In this document: piece after piece, positions 41,616 through 55,100 of the stretch
Position numbering within the stretch: position 1 is the stretch's first letter
Layout: every line of letters begins with the position of its first letter
Position numbers and translations under genes: made by a program
Notes under the pieces: model-generated
Told to the model about the DNA's origin: nothing
What the model saw: only the letters and a program-made list of their open reading frames with translations
Database searches by the model: none
From: Eledone cirrhosa
Taxonomy: Eukaryota
DNA: 64,000 bases
Direction of reading: 5' to 3'
Assembly: GCA_964016885.1 (NCBI GenBank)
Contig: OZ024745.1
Location: forward strand, 5,208,001 to 5,272,000

Positions 41616-43100
41616 GTACTATACTGGGTAGAGATAGTAGTATACTAGTTAGAGATAGTAGTATACTAGGTAGAGATAGTAGTATACTAGGTAGAGATAG
41701 TAGTGTACTAGGTAGAGATAGTAGTATACTAGGTATAGATAGTAGTATACTAGGTAGAGATAGTACTATACTAGGTAGAGATAGTAGTATACCAGGTAGA
41801 GATAGTAGTATACTAGGTAGAGATAGTAGTATACTAGGTAGAGATAGTAGTATACTAGGTGTAGATGGTAGTATACTAGGTAGAGATGGTAGTATACTAG
41901 GTATAGATGGTAGTATACTAGGTAGAGATAGTACTATACTAGGTAGAGATAGTAGTATACTAGGTAGAGTTAGTAGTATACTAGGTAGAGATAGTAGTAT
42001 TCTAGGTAGAGATAGTACTATACTAGGTAGAGATAGTAGTATACTAAGTAGAGTTAGTAGTATACTAGGTAGAGATAGTAGTATACTAGGTAGAGATAGT
42101 AGTATACCAGGTAAAGATAGTAGTATACTAGGTAGATAGTAGTATACTAGGTATAGATAGTAGTATACTAGTTAGAGATAGTACTATACTAGGTAGAGAT
42201 AGCAGTATAGTAGGTAGATATAGTAGTATATTAGGTAGAGATACTAGTGTACTAGGGAGAGATAGTAGTATACTAGGTAGAGATAGTAGTATACTAGGTA
42301 GAGATGGTAGTATACTAGGTAGAGATAGTAGTATACTAGGTAGAGATAGCAGTATAGTAGGTAGATATAGTAGTATACTAGGTAGAGATAGTAGTATACT
42401 AGGTAGTGATAGTAGTATACTAGGTAGAGATAGTACTATACTAGGTAGAGATAGTAGTGTACTAGGGAGAGATAGTAGTATATTAGGTAGAGATAGTAGT
42501 ATACTAGGTAGAGATAGTAGTATACTAGGTAGAGATGGTAGTATACTAGGTAGAGATGGTAGTATACTAGGTAGAGATGGTAATATACTAGGTAGAGATA
42601 GTAGTATACTAGGTAGAGATAGTACTATACTAGGTAGAGATGGTAGTATACTAGGTAGAGATAGCAGTATAGTAGGTAGATATAGTAGTATACTAGGTAG
42701 AGATAGTAGTATACTAGGTAGAGTTAGTAGTATACTAGGTAGAGATAGTAGTATATTAGGTAGAGATACTAGTGTACTAGGGAGAGATAGTAGTATACTA
42801 GGTAGAGATAGTAGTATACTAGGTAGAGATAGTAGTATACTAGGTAGAGATAGTAGTATACTAGGTAGAGATAGCAGTATAGTAGGTAGATATAGTAGTA
42901 TACTAGGTAGAGATAGTAGTATACTAGGTAGTGATAGTAGTATACTAGGTAGAGATAGTACTATAATAGGTTGAGATAGTAGTATACTAGGCAGAGATAG
43001 TAGTATACTAGGTAGAGATAGTAGTATACTAGGTATAGATAGTAGTATACTAGGTAGAGATGGTAGTATACTAGGTAGAGATGGTAGTATACTAGGTAGA

Positions 43101-46100
43101 GATGGTAATATTCTAGGTAGAGATAGTAGTATACTAGGTAGAGATAGTAGTATACTAAGTAGAGTTAGTAGTATACTAGGTAGAGATAGTAGTATACTAG
43201 GTAGTGATAGTAGTATACTAGGTAGAGATAGTAGTATACTAGGTAGAGATAGTAGTATACTAGGTAGAGATAGCAGTATAGTAGGTAGATATAGTAGTAT
43301 ACTAGGTAGAGATAGTTGTATACTAGGCAGAGATAGTAGTATACTAGGTAGAGATAGTAGTATATTAGGTAGAGATAGTAGTATACTAGGTAGAGATAGT
43401 AGTATACTAGGTAGAGATAGTAGTATACTAGGTAGTGATAGTAGTATACTAGGTAGCGATAGTAGTATACTAGGTAGAAATAGTTGTATATGAGGTAACG
43501 ATAGTAGTACACTAGGTAGTGATAGTAGTATACTAGTTAGGGATAGTAGTGTACTAGGTAGAGATAGTAGTATACAAGGTAGATAGTAGTATACTAGGTA
43601 GATATAGTAGTATACTAGGTAGAGATAGTAGTATACTAGGTAGAGATGGTAGTATACTAGGAAGAGATAGTAGTATACTAGGTGGAGATATTAGTATACT
43701 AGGTAGAGATAGTAGTATACTAGGTAGAGATAGTAGTATACTAGGAAGAGATAGTAGTATACTAGGTAGAGATATTAGTATACTAGGTAGGGATAGTAGT
43801 GTACTAGGTAGAGATAGTACTATACTAGGTAGAGATGGTAGTATACTAGGTAGAGATAGTAGTATACTAGGTAGATAGTAGTATACTAGGTAGATATAGT
43901 AGTATACTAGGTAGAGATAGTAGTGTACTAGGTAGAGATAGTAGTATACTAGGTAGAGATGGTAGTATACTAGGTAGAGATAGTATACTAGGTAGAGATG
44001 GTAGTATACTAGGGAGAGATAGTATACTAGGTAGAGATGGTAGTATACTAGGTAGAGATAGTACTATACTAGGTAGAGATGGTAGTATACTAGGTAGAGT
44101 TAGTAGTATACTAGGTAGATATAGTAGTATACTAGGTAGAGATAGTAGTATGCTAGGTATAGATAGTAGTATACTAGGTAGAGATAGTAGTGTACTAGGG
44201 AGAGATAGTACTATACTAGGTAGAGATAGTAGTATACTAGTTAGAGATGGTAGTATACTAGGTAGAGTTAGTAGTATACTAGGTAGAGATAGTAGTATAC
44301 TAGGTAGAGATATTACAATACTAGGGAGAGATAGTACTATACTAGGTAGAGATGGTAGTATACTAGGTAGAGATAGTAGTATACTAGGTAGAGATAGTAG
44401 TATACTAGGTAGAGATAGTAGTGTACTAGGTAGAGATAGTAGTATACTAGGTAGAGATGGTAGTATACTAGGTAGAGATGCTAGTATACTAGGTAGAGAT
44501 AGTAGGTAGAGATAGTAGTGTACTAGGTAGAGATAGTACTATACTAGGTAGAGATAGTAGTATACTAGTTAGAGATAGTAGTATACTAGGTAGAGATAGT
44601 AGTACACTAGGTAGAGATAGTAGTATTCTAGGTATAGATAGTAGTATACTATGTAGAGATAGTACTATACTAGGTAGAGATAGTAGTATACCAGGTAGAG
44701 ATAGTAGTATACTAGGTAGAGATAGTAGTATACTAGGTAGAGATAGTAGTACACTAGGTAGAGATAGTAGTATACTAGGGAGAGATAGTAGTATACTAGG
44801 TAGAGATAGTACTATACTAGGTAGGGATAGTAGTATACTAGGTAGAGTTAGTAGTATACTAGGTAGAGATAGTAGTATACTAATTAGAGATAGTAGTATA
44901 CTAGGTAGAGATAGTAGTATACTAAGTAGAGTTAGTAGTATACCAGGTAGAGATAGTAGTATAGTAGGTAGAGATAGTAGTATACCAGGTAGAGATAGTA
45001 ATATACTAGGTAGATAGTAGTATACTAGGTATAGATAGTAGTATACTAGGTAGAGATAGTAGTGTACTAGGTAGAGATAGTAGTATACTAGGTAGAGATA
45101 GTAGTGTACTAGGGAGAGATAGTACTCTACTAGGTAGAGATAGTACTCTACTAGGTAGAGATAGTAGTATACTAGGTAGAGATAGTAGTATACTAGGTAG
45201 AGATAGTAGTGTACTAGGGCGAGATAGTAGTATACTAGGTAGAGATAGTAGTATACTAGGTAGAGATAATAGTATACTAGGTAGAGATAGTAGTATACTA
45301 GGTAGAGATAGTAGTATACTGGGTAGAGATAGTAGTATACTAGGTAGAGATAGTAGTATACTAGGTAGAGATAGTAGTATACTAGGTAGAGATAGTAGTA
45401 TACTAGGTAGAGATAGTAGTATACTAGTTAGAGATGGTAGTATACTAGGTAGAGTTAGTAGTATACTAGGTAGAGATAGTAGTATACTAGGTAGAGATAT
45501 TACAATACTAGGGAGAGATAGTATTATACTAGGTAGAGATAGTAGTATACTAGGTAGAGTTAGTAGTATACTAGGTAGAGATAGTAGTATACTAGGTAGA
45601 GATAGTAGTATACTAGGTAGAGTTAGTAGTATACTAGGTAGAGATAGTAGTATACTAGGTAGAGTTAGTAGTATACTAGGTAGAGATAGTAGTATACTAG
45701 GTAGAGATGGTAGTATACTAGGTAGAGATAGCAGTATAGTAGGTAGATATAGTAGTATACTAGGTAGAGATACTAGTGTACTAGGGAGAGATAGTAGTAT
45801 ACTAGGTAGAGATAGTAGTATACTAGGTAGAGATAGTAGTATACTAGGTAGAGATAGTAGTATACTAGGTAGAGATAGCAGTATAGTAGGTAGATATAGT
45901 AGTATACTAGGTAGAGATAGTAGTATACTAGGCAGAGATAGTAGTATACTAGTAGAGATAGTAGTATACTAGGTAGAGATGGTAGTATACTAGGTAGAGA
46001 TGGTAGTATACTAGGTAGAGATGGTAATATACTAGGTAGAGATAGTACTATACTAGGTAGATATAGTAGTATACTAGGTAGAGATAGTAGTATACTAGGC

Positions 46101-49100
46101 AGAGATAGTAGTATACTAGTAGAGATAGTACTATACTAGGTAGATATAGTAGTATACTAGGTAGAGATAGTAGTATACTAGGTAGAGATAGTAGTATACT
46201 AGGTAGTGATAGTAGTATACTAGGTAGAGATAGTAGTATACTAGGTAGAAATAGTTGTATACAAGGTAACGATAGTAGTACACTAGGTTGTGATAGTAGT
46301 ATACTAGGTAGGGATAGTAGTGTACTAGGTAGAGATAGTAGTATACTAGGTAGATAGTAGTATACTAGGTAGATATAGTAGTATACTAGGTAGAGATAGT
46401 AGTATACGAGGTAGAGATGGTAGTATACTAGGTAGAGATAGTAGTATACTAGGAAGAGATAGTAGTATACTAGGTAGAGATAGTAGTATACTAGGTAGGG
46501 ATAGTAGTGTACTAGGTAGAGATAGTACTATACTAGGTAGAGATGGTAGTATACTAGGTAGAGATAGTAGTATACTAGGTAGATAGTAGTATACTAGGTA
46601 GATATAGTAGTATACTAGGTAGAGATAGTAGTGTACTAGGTAGAGATAGTAGTATACTAGGTAGAGATGGTAGTATACTAGGTAGAGATAGTATACTAGG
46701 TAGAGTTAGTAGTATACTAGGTAGAGATGGTAGTATACTAGGTAGAGATAGTACTATACTAGGTAGAGATGCTAGTATACTAGGTAGAGATGGTAGTATA
46801 CTAGGTAGAGATAGTAGTATATTAGGTAGAGATAGTAGTGTACTAGGTAGAGATAGTACTATACTGGGTAGAGATAGTAGTATACTAGTTAGAGATAGTA
46901 GTATACTAGGTAGAGATAGTAGTATACTAGGTAGAGCTAGTAGTGTACTAGGTAGAGATAGTAGTATACTAGGTATAGATAGTAGTATACTAGGTAGAGA
47001 TAGTACTATACTAGGTAGAGATGGTAATATTCTAGGTAGAGATAGTAGTATACTAGGTAGAGATAGTAGTATACTAAGTAGAGTTAGTAGTATACTAGGT
47101 AGAGATAGTAGTATACTAGGTAGTGATAGTAGTATACTAGGTAGAGATAGTAGTATACTAGGTAGAGATAGTAGTATACTAGATAGAGATAGCAGTATAG
47201 TAGGTAGATATAGTAGTATACTAGGTAGAGATAGTTGTATACTAGGCAGAGATAGTAGTATACTAGGTAGAGATAGTAGTATATTAGGTAGAGATAGTAG
47301 TATACTAGGTAGAGATAGTAGTATACTAGGTAGAGATAGTAGTATACTAGGTAGTGATAGTAGTATACTAGGTAGCGATAGTAGTATACTAGGTAGAAAT
47401 AGTTGTATATGAGGTAACGATAGTAGTACACTAGGTAGTGATAGTAGTATACTAGTTAGGGATAGTAGTGTACTAGGTAGAGATAGTAGTATACAAGGTA
47501 GATAGTAGTATACTAGGTAGATATAGTAGTATACTAGGTAGAGATAGTAGTATACTAGGTAGAGATGGTAGTATACTAGGAAGAGATAGTAGTATACTAG
47601 GTGGAGATATTAGTATACTAGGTAGAGATAGTAGTATACTAGGTAGAGATAGTAGTATACTAGGAAGAGATAGTAGTATACTAGGTAGAGATATTAGTAT
47701 ACTAGGTAGGGATAGTAGTGTACTAGGTAGAGATAGTACTATACTAGGTAGAGATGGTAGTATACTAGGTAGAGATAGTAGTATACTAGGTAGATAGTAG
47801 TATACTAGGTAGATATAGTAGTATACTAGGTAGAGATAGTAGTGTACTAGGTAGAGATAGTAGTATACTAGGTAGAGATGGTAGTATACTAGGTAGAGAT
47901 AGTATACTAGGTAGAGATGGTAGTATACTAGGGAGAGATAGTATACTAGGTAGAGATGGTAGTATACTAGGTAGAGATAGTACTATACTAGGTAGAGATG
48001 GTAGTATACTAGGTAGAGTTAGTAGTATACTAGGTAGATATAGTAGTATACTAGGTAGAGATAGTAGTATGCTAGGTATAGATAGTAGTATACTAGGTAG
48101 AGATAGTAGTGTACTAGGGAGAGATAGTACTATACTAGGTAGAGATAGTAGTATACTAGTTAGAGATGGTAGTATACTAGGTAGAGATAGTAGTATACTA
48201 GGTAGAGATATTACAATACTAGGGAGAGATAGTACTATACTAGGTAGAGATGGTAGTATACTAGGTAGAGATAGTAGTATACTAGGTAGAGATAGTAGTA
48301 TACTAGGTAGAGATAGTAGTGTACTAGGTAGAGATAGTAGTATACTAGGTAGAGATGGTAGTATACTAGGTAGAGATGCTAGTATACTAGGTAGAGATAG
48401 TAGGTAGAGATAGTAGTGTACTAGGTAGAGATAGTACTATACTAGGTAGAGATAGTAGTATACTAGTTAGAGATAGTAGTATACTAGGTAGAGATAGTAG
48501 TACACTAGGTAGAGATAGTAGTATTCTAGGTATAGATAGTAGTATACTATGTAGAGATAGTACTATACTAGGTAGAGATAGTAGTATACCAGGTAGAGAT
48601 AGTAGTATACTAGGTAGAGATAGTAGTATACTAGGTAGAGATAGTAGTACACTAGGTAGAGATAGTAGTATACTAGGGAGAGATAGTAGTATACTAGGTA
48701 GAGATAGTACTATACTAGGTAGGGATAGTAGTATACTAGGTAGAGTTAGTAGTATACTAGGTAGAGATAGTAGTATACTAATTAGAGATAGTAGTATACT
48801 AGGTAGAGATAGTAGTATACTAAGTAGAGTTAGTAGTATACCAGGTAGAGATAGTAGTATAGTAGGTAGAGATAGTAGTATACCAGGTAGAGATAGTAAT
48901 ATACTAGGTAGATAGTAGTATACTAGGTATAGATAGTAGTATACTAGGTAGAGATAGTAGTGTACTAGGTAGAGATAGTAGTATACTAGGTAGAGATAGT
49001 AGTGTACTAGGGAGAGATAGTACTCTACTAGGTAGAGATAGTACTCTACTAGGTAGAGATAGTAGTATACTAGGTAGAGATAGTAGTATACTAGGTAGAG

Positions 49101-52100
49101 ATAGTAGTGTACTAGGGCGAGATAGTAGTATACTAGGTAGAGATAGTAGTATACTAGGTAGAGATAATAGTATACTAGGTAGAGATAGTAGTATACTAGG
49201 TAGAGATAGTAGTATACTGGGTAGAGATAGTAGTATACTAGGTAGAGATAGTAGTATACTAGGTAGAGATAGTAGTATACTAGGTAGAGATAGTAGTATA
49301 CTAGGTAGAGATAGTAGTATACTAGTTAGAGATGGTAGTATACTAGGTAGAGTTAGTAGTATACTAGGTAGAGATAGTAGTATACTAGGTAGAGATATTA
49401 CAATACTAGGGAGAGATAGTATTATACTAGGTAGAGATAGTAGTATACTAGGTAGAGTTAGTAGTATACTAGGTAGAGATAGTAGTATACTAGGTAGAGA
49501 TAGTAGTATACTAGGTAGAGTTAGTAGTATACTAGGTAGAGATAGTAGTATACTAGGTAGAGTTAGTAGTATACTAGGTAGAGATAGTAGTATACTAGGT
49601 AGAGATGGTAGTATACTAGGTAGAGATAGCAGTATAGTAGGTAGATATAGTAGTATACTAGGTAGAGATACTAGTGTACTAGGGAGAGATAGTAGTATAC
49701 TAGGTAGAGATAGTAGTATACTAGGTAGAGATAGTAGTATACTAGGTAGAGATAGTAGTATACTAGGTAGAGATAGCAGTATAGTAGGTAGATATAGTAG
49801 TATACTAGGTAGAGATAGTAGTATACTAGGCAGAGATAGTAGTATACTAGTAGAGATAGTAGTATACTAGGTAGAGATGGTAGTATACTAGGTAGAGATG
49901 GTAGTATACTAGGTAGAGATGGTAATATACTAGGTAGAGATAGTACTATACTAGGTAGATATAGTAGTATACTAGGTAGAGATAGTAGTATACTAGGCAG
50001 AGATAGTAGTATACTAGTAGAGATAGTACTATACTAGGTAGATATAGTAGTATACTAGGTAGAGATAGTAGTATACTAGGTAGAGATAGTAGTATACTAG
50101 GTAGTGATAGTAGTATACTAGGTAGAGATAGTAGTATACTAGGTAGAAATAGTTGTATACAAGGTAACGATAGTAGTACACTAGGTTGTGATAGTAGTAT
50201 ACTAGGTAGGGATAGTAGTGTACTAGGTAGAGATAGTAGTATACTAGGTAGATAGTAGTATACTAGGTAGATATAGTAGTATACTAGGTAGAGATAGTAG
50301 TATACGAGGTAGAGATGGTAGTATACTAGGTAGAGATAGTAGTATACTAGGAAGAGATAGTAGTATACTAGGTAGAGATAGTAGTATACTAGGTAGGGAT
50401 AGTAGTGTACTAGGTAGAGATAGTACTATACTAGGTAGAGATGGTAGTATACTAGGTAGAGATAGTAGTATACTAGGTAGATAGTAGTATACTAGGTAGA
50501 TATAGTAGTATACTAGGTAGAGATAGTAGTGTACTAGGTAGAGATAGTAGTATACTAGGTAGAGATGGTAGTATACTAGGTAGAGATAGTATACTAGGTA
50601 GAGTTAGTAGTATACTAGGTAGAGATGGTAGTATACTAGGTAGAGATAGTACTATACTAGGTAGAGATGCTAGTATACTAGGTAGAGATGGTAGTATACT
50701 AGGTAGAGATAGTAGTATATTAGGTAGAGATAGTAGTGTACTAGGTAGAGATAGTACTATACTGGGTAGAGATAGTAGTATACTAGTTAGAGATAGTAGT
50801 ATACTAGGTAGAGATAGTAGTATACTAGGTAGAGCTAGTAGTGTACTAGGTAGAGATAGTAGTATACTAGGTATAGATAGTAGTATACTAGGTAGAGATA
50901 GTACTATACTAGGTAGAGATGGTAATATTCTAGGTAGAGATAGTAGTATACTAGGTAGAGATAGTAGTATACTAAGTAGAGTTAGTAGTATACTAGGTAG
51001 AGATAGTAGTATACTAGGTAGTGATAGTAGTATACTAGGTAGAGATAGTAGTATACTAGGTAGAGATAGTAGTATACTAGATAGAGATAGCAGTATAGTA
51101 GGTAGATATAGTAGTATACTAGGTAGAGATAGTTGTATACTAGGCAGAGATAGTAGTATACTAGGTAGAGATAGTAGTATATTAGGTAGAGATAGTAGTA
51201 TACTAGGTAGAGATAGTAGTATACTAGGTAGAGATAGTAGTATACTAGGTAGTGATAGTAGTATACTAGGTAGCGATAGTAGTATACTAGGTAGAAATAG
51301 TTGTATATGAGGTAACGATAGTAGTACACTAGGTAGTGATAGTAGTATACTAGTTAGGGATAGTAGTGTACTAGGTAGAGATAGTAGTATACAAGGTAGA
51401 TAGTAGTATACTAGGTAGATATAGTAGTATACTAGGTAGAGATAGTATTATACTAGGTAGAGATGGTAGTATACTAGGAAGAGATAGTAGTATACTAGGT
51501 AGAGATATTAGTATACTAGGTAGAGATAGTAGTATACTAGGTAGAGATAGTAGTATACTAGGAAGAGATAGTAGTATACTAGGTAGAGATATTAGTATAC
51601 TAGGTAGGGATAGTAGTGTACTAGGTAGAGATAGTATACTAGGTAGAGATGGTAGTATACTAGGTAGAGATAGTACTATACTAGGTAGAGATGGTAGTAT
51701 ACTAGGTAGAGTTAGTAGTATACTAGGTAGATATAGTAGTATACTAGGTAGAGATAGTAGTATGCTAGGTATAGATAGTAGTATACTAGGTAGAGATAGT
51801 AGTGTACTAGGGAGAGATAGTACTATACTAGGTAGAGATAGTAGTATACTAGTTAGAGATGGTAGTATACTAGGTAGAGTTAGTAGTATACTAGGTAGAG
51901 ATAGTAGTATACTAGGTAGAGATATTACAATACTAGGGAGAGATAGTACTATACTAGGTAGAGATGGTAGTATACTAGGTAGAGATAGTAGTATACTAGG
52001 TAGAGATAGTAGTATACTAGGTAGAGATAGTAGTGTACTAGGTAGAGATAGTAGTATACTAGGTAGAGATGGTAGTATACTAGGTAGAGATGCTAGTATA

Positions 52101-55100
52101 CTAGGTAGAGATAGTAGGTAGAGATAGTAGTGTACTAGGTAGAGATAGTACTATACTAGGTAGAGATAGTAGTATACTAGTTAGAGATAGTAGTATACTA
52201 GGTAGAGATAGTAGTACACTAGGTAGAGATAGTAGTATTCTAGGTATAGATAGTAGTATACTATGTAGAGATAGTACTATACTAGGTAGAGATAGTAGTA
52301 TACCAGGTAGAGATAGTAGTATACTAGGTAGAGATAGTAGTATACTAGGTAGAGATAGTAGTACACTAGGTAGAGATAGTAGTATACTAGGGAGAGATAG
52401 TAGTATACTAGGTAGAGATAGTACTATACTAGGTAGAGATAGTAGTATACTAGGTAGAGTTAGTAGTATACTAGGTAGATATAGTAGTATACTAATTAGA
52501 GATAGTAGTATACTAGGTAGAGATAGTAGTATACTAAGTAGAGTTAGTAGTATACCAGGTAGAGATAGTAGTATAGTAGGTAGAGATAGTAGTATACCAG
52601 GTAGAGATAGTAGTATACTAGGTAGATAGTAGTATACTAGGTATAGATAGTAGTATACTAGGTAGAGATAGTAGTGTACTAGTAAGAGATAGTAGTATAC
52701 TAGGTATAGATAGTAGTATACTAGGTAGAGATAGTAGTGTACTAGGGAGAGATAGTACTCTACTAGGTAGAGATAGTAGTATACTAGGTAGAGATAGTAG
52801 TATACTAGGTAGAGATAGTAGTGTACTAGGGCGAGATAGTAGTATACTAGGTAGAGATAGTAGTATACTAGGTAGAGATAATAGTATACTAGGTAGAGAT
52901 AGTAGTATACTAGGTAGAGATAGTAGTATACTGGGTAGAGATAGTAGTATACTAGGTAGAGATAGTAGTATACTAGGTAGAGATAGTAGTATACTAGGTA
53001 GAGATAGTAGTATACTAGGTAGAGATAGTAGTATACTAGTTAGAGATGGTAGTATACTAGGTAGAGTTAGTAGTATACTAGGTAGAGATAGTAGTATACT
53101 AGGTAGAGATATTACAATACTAGGGAGAGATAGTATTATACTAGGTAGAGATAGTAGTATACTAGGTAGAGTTAGTAGTATACTAGGTAGAGATAGTAGT
53201 ATACTAGGTAGAGATAGTAGTATACTAGGTAGAGTTAGTAGTATACTAGGTAGAGATAGTAGTATACTAGGTAGAGTTAGTAGTATACTAGGTAGAGATA
53301 GTAGTATACTAGGTAGAGATGGTAGTATACTAGGTAGAGATAGAAGTATAGTAGGTAGATATAGTAGTATACTAGGTAGAGATACTAGTGTACTAGGGAG
53401 AGATAGTAGTATACTAGGTAGAGATAGTAGTATACTAGGTAGAGATAGTAGTATACTAGGTAGAGATAGTAGTATACTAGGTAGAGATAGCAGTATAGTA
53501 GGTAGATATAGTAGTATACTAGGTAGAGATAGTAGTATACTAGGCAGAGATAGTAGTATACTAGTAGAGATAGTAGTATACTAGGTAGAGATGGTAGTAT
53601 ACTAGGTAGAGATGGTAGTATACTAGGTAGAGATGGTAATATACTAGGTAGAGATAGTAGTATATTAGGTAGAGATAGTAGTGTACTAGGGAGAGATGGT
53701 AGTATACTAGGTAGAGATAGTACTATACTAGGTAGATATAGTAGTATACTAGGTAGAGATAGTAGTATACTAGGCAGAGATAGTAGTATACTAGTAGAGA
53801 TAGTACTATACTAGGTAGATATAGTAGTATACTAGGTAGAGATAGTAGTATACTAGGTAGAGATAGTAGTATACTAGGTAGTGATAGTAGTATACTAGGT
53901 AGAGATAGTAGTATACTAGGTAGAAATAGTTGTATACAAGGTAACGATAGTAGTACACTAGGTTGTGATAGTAGTGTACTAGGTAGAGATAGTAGTATAC
54001 TAGGTAGATAGTAGTATACTAGGTAGATATAGTAGTATACTAGGTAGAGATAGTAGTATACGAGGTAGAGATGGTAGTATACTAGGTAGAGATAGTAGTA
54101 TACTAGGAAGAGATAGTAGTATACTAGGTAGAGATAGTAGTATACTAGGTAGGGATAGTAGTGTACTAGGTAGAGATAGTACTATACTAGGTAGAGATGG
54201 TAGTATACTAGGTAGAGATAGTAGTATACTAGGTAGATAGTAGTATACTAGGTAGATATAGTAGTATACTAGGTAGAGATAGTAGTGTACTAGGTAGAGA
54301 TAGTAGTATACTAGGTAGAGATGGTAGTATACTAGGTAGAGATAGTATACTAGGTAGAGTTAGTAGTATACTAGGTAGAGATGGTAGTATACTAGGTAGA
54401 GATAGTACTATACTAGGTAGAGATGCTAGTATACCAGGTAGAGATGGTAGTATACTAGGTAGAGATAGTAGTATATTAGGTAGAGATAGTAGTGTACTAG
54501 GTAGAGATAGTACTATACTGGGTAGAGATAGTAGTATACTAGTTAGAGATAGTAGTATACTAGGTAGAGATAGTAGTATACTAGGTAGAGATAGTAGTGT
54601 ACTAGGTAGAGATAGTAGTATACTAGGTATAGATAGTAGTATACTAGGTAGAGATAGTACTATACTAGGTAGAGATAGTAGTATACCAGGTAGAGATAGT
54701 AGTATACTAGGTAGAGATAGTAGTATACTAGGTAGAGATAGTAGTATACTAGGTGTAGATGGTAGTATACTAGGTAGAGATGGTAGTATACTAGGTATAG
54801 ATGGTAGTATACTAGGTAGAGATAGTACTATACTAGGTAGAGATAGTAGTATACTAGGTAGAGTTAGTAGTATACTAGGTAGAGATAGTAGTATTCTAGG
54901 TAGAGATAGTACTATACTAGGTAGAGATAGTAGTATACTAAGTAGAGTTAGTAGTATACTAGGTAGAGATAGTAGTATACTAGGTAGAGATAGTAGTATA
55001 CCAGGTAAAGATAGTAGTATACTAGGTAGATAGTAGTATACTAGGTATAGATAGTAGTATACTAGTTAGAGATAGTACTATACTAGGTAGAGATAGCAGT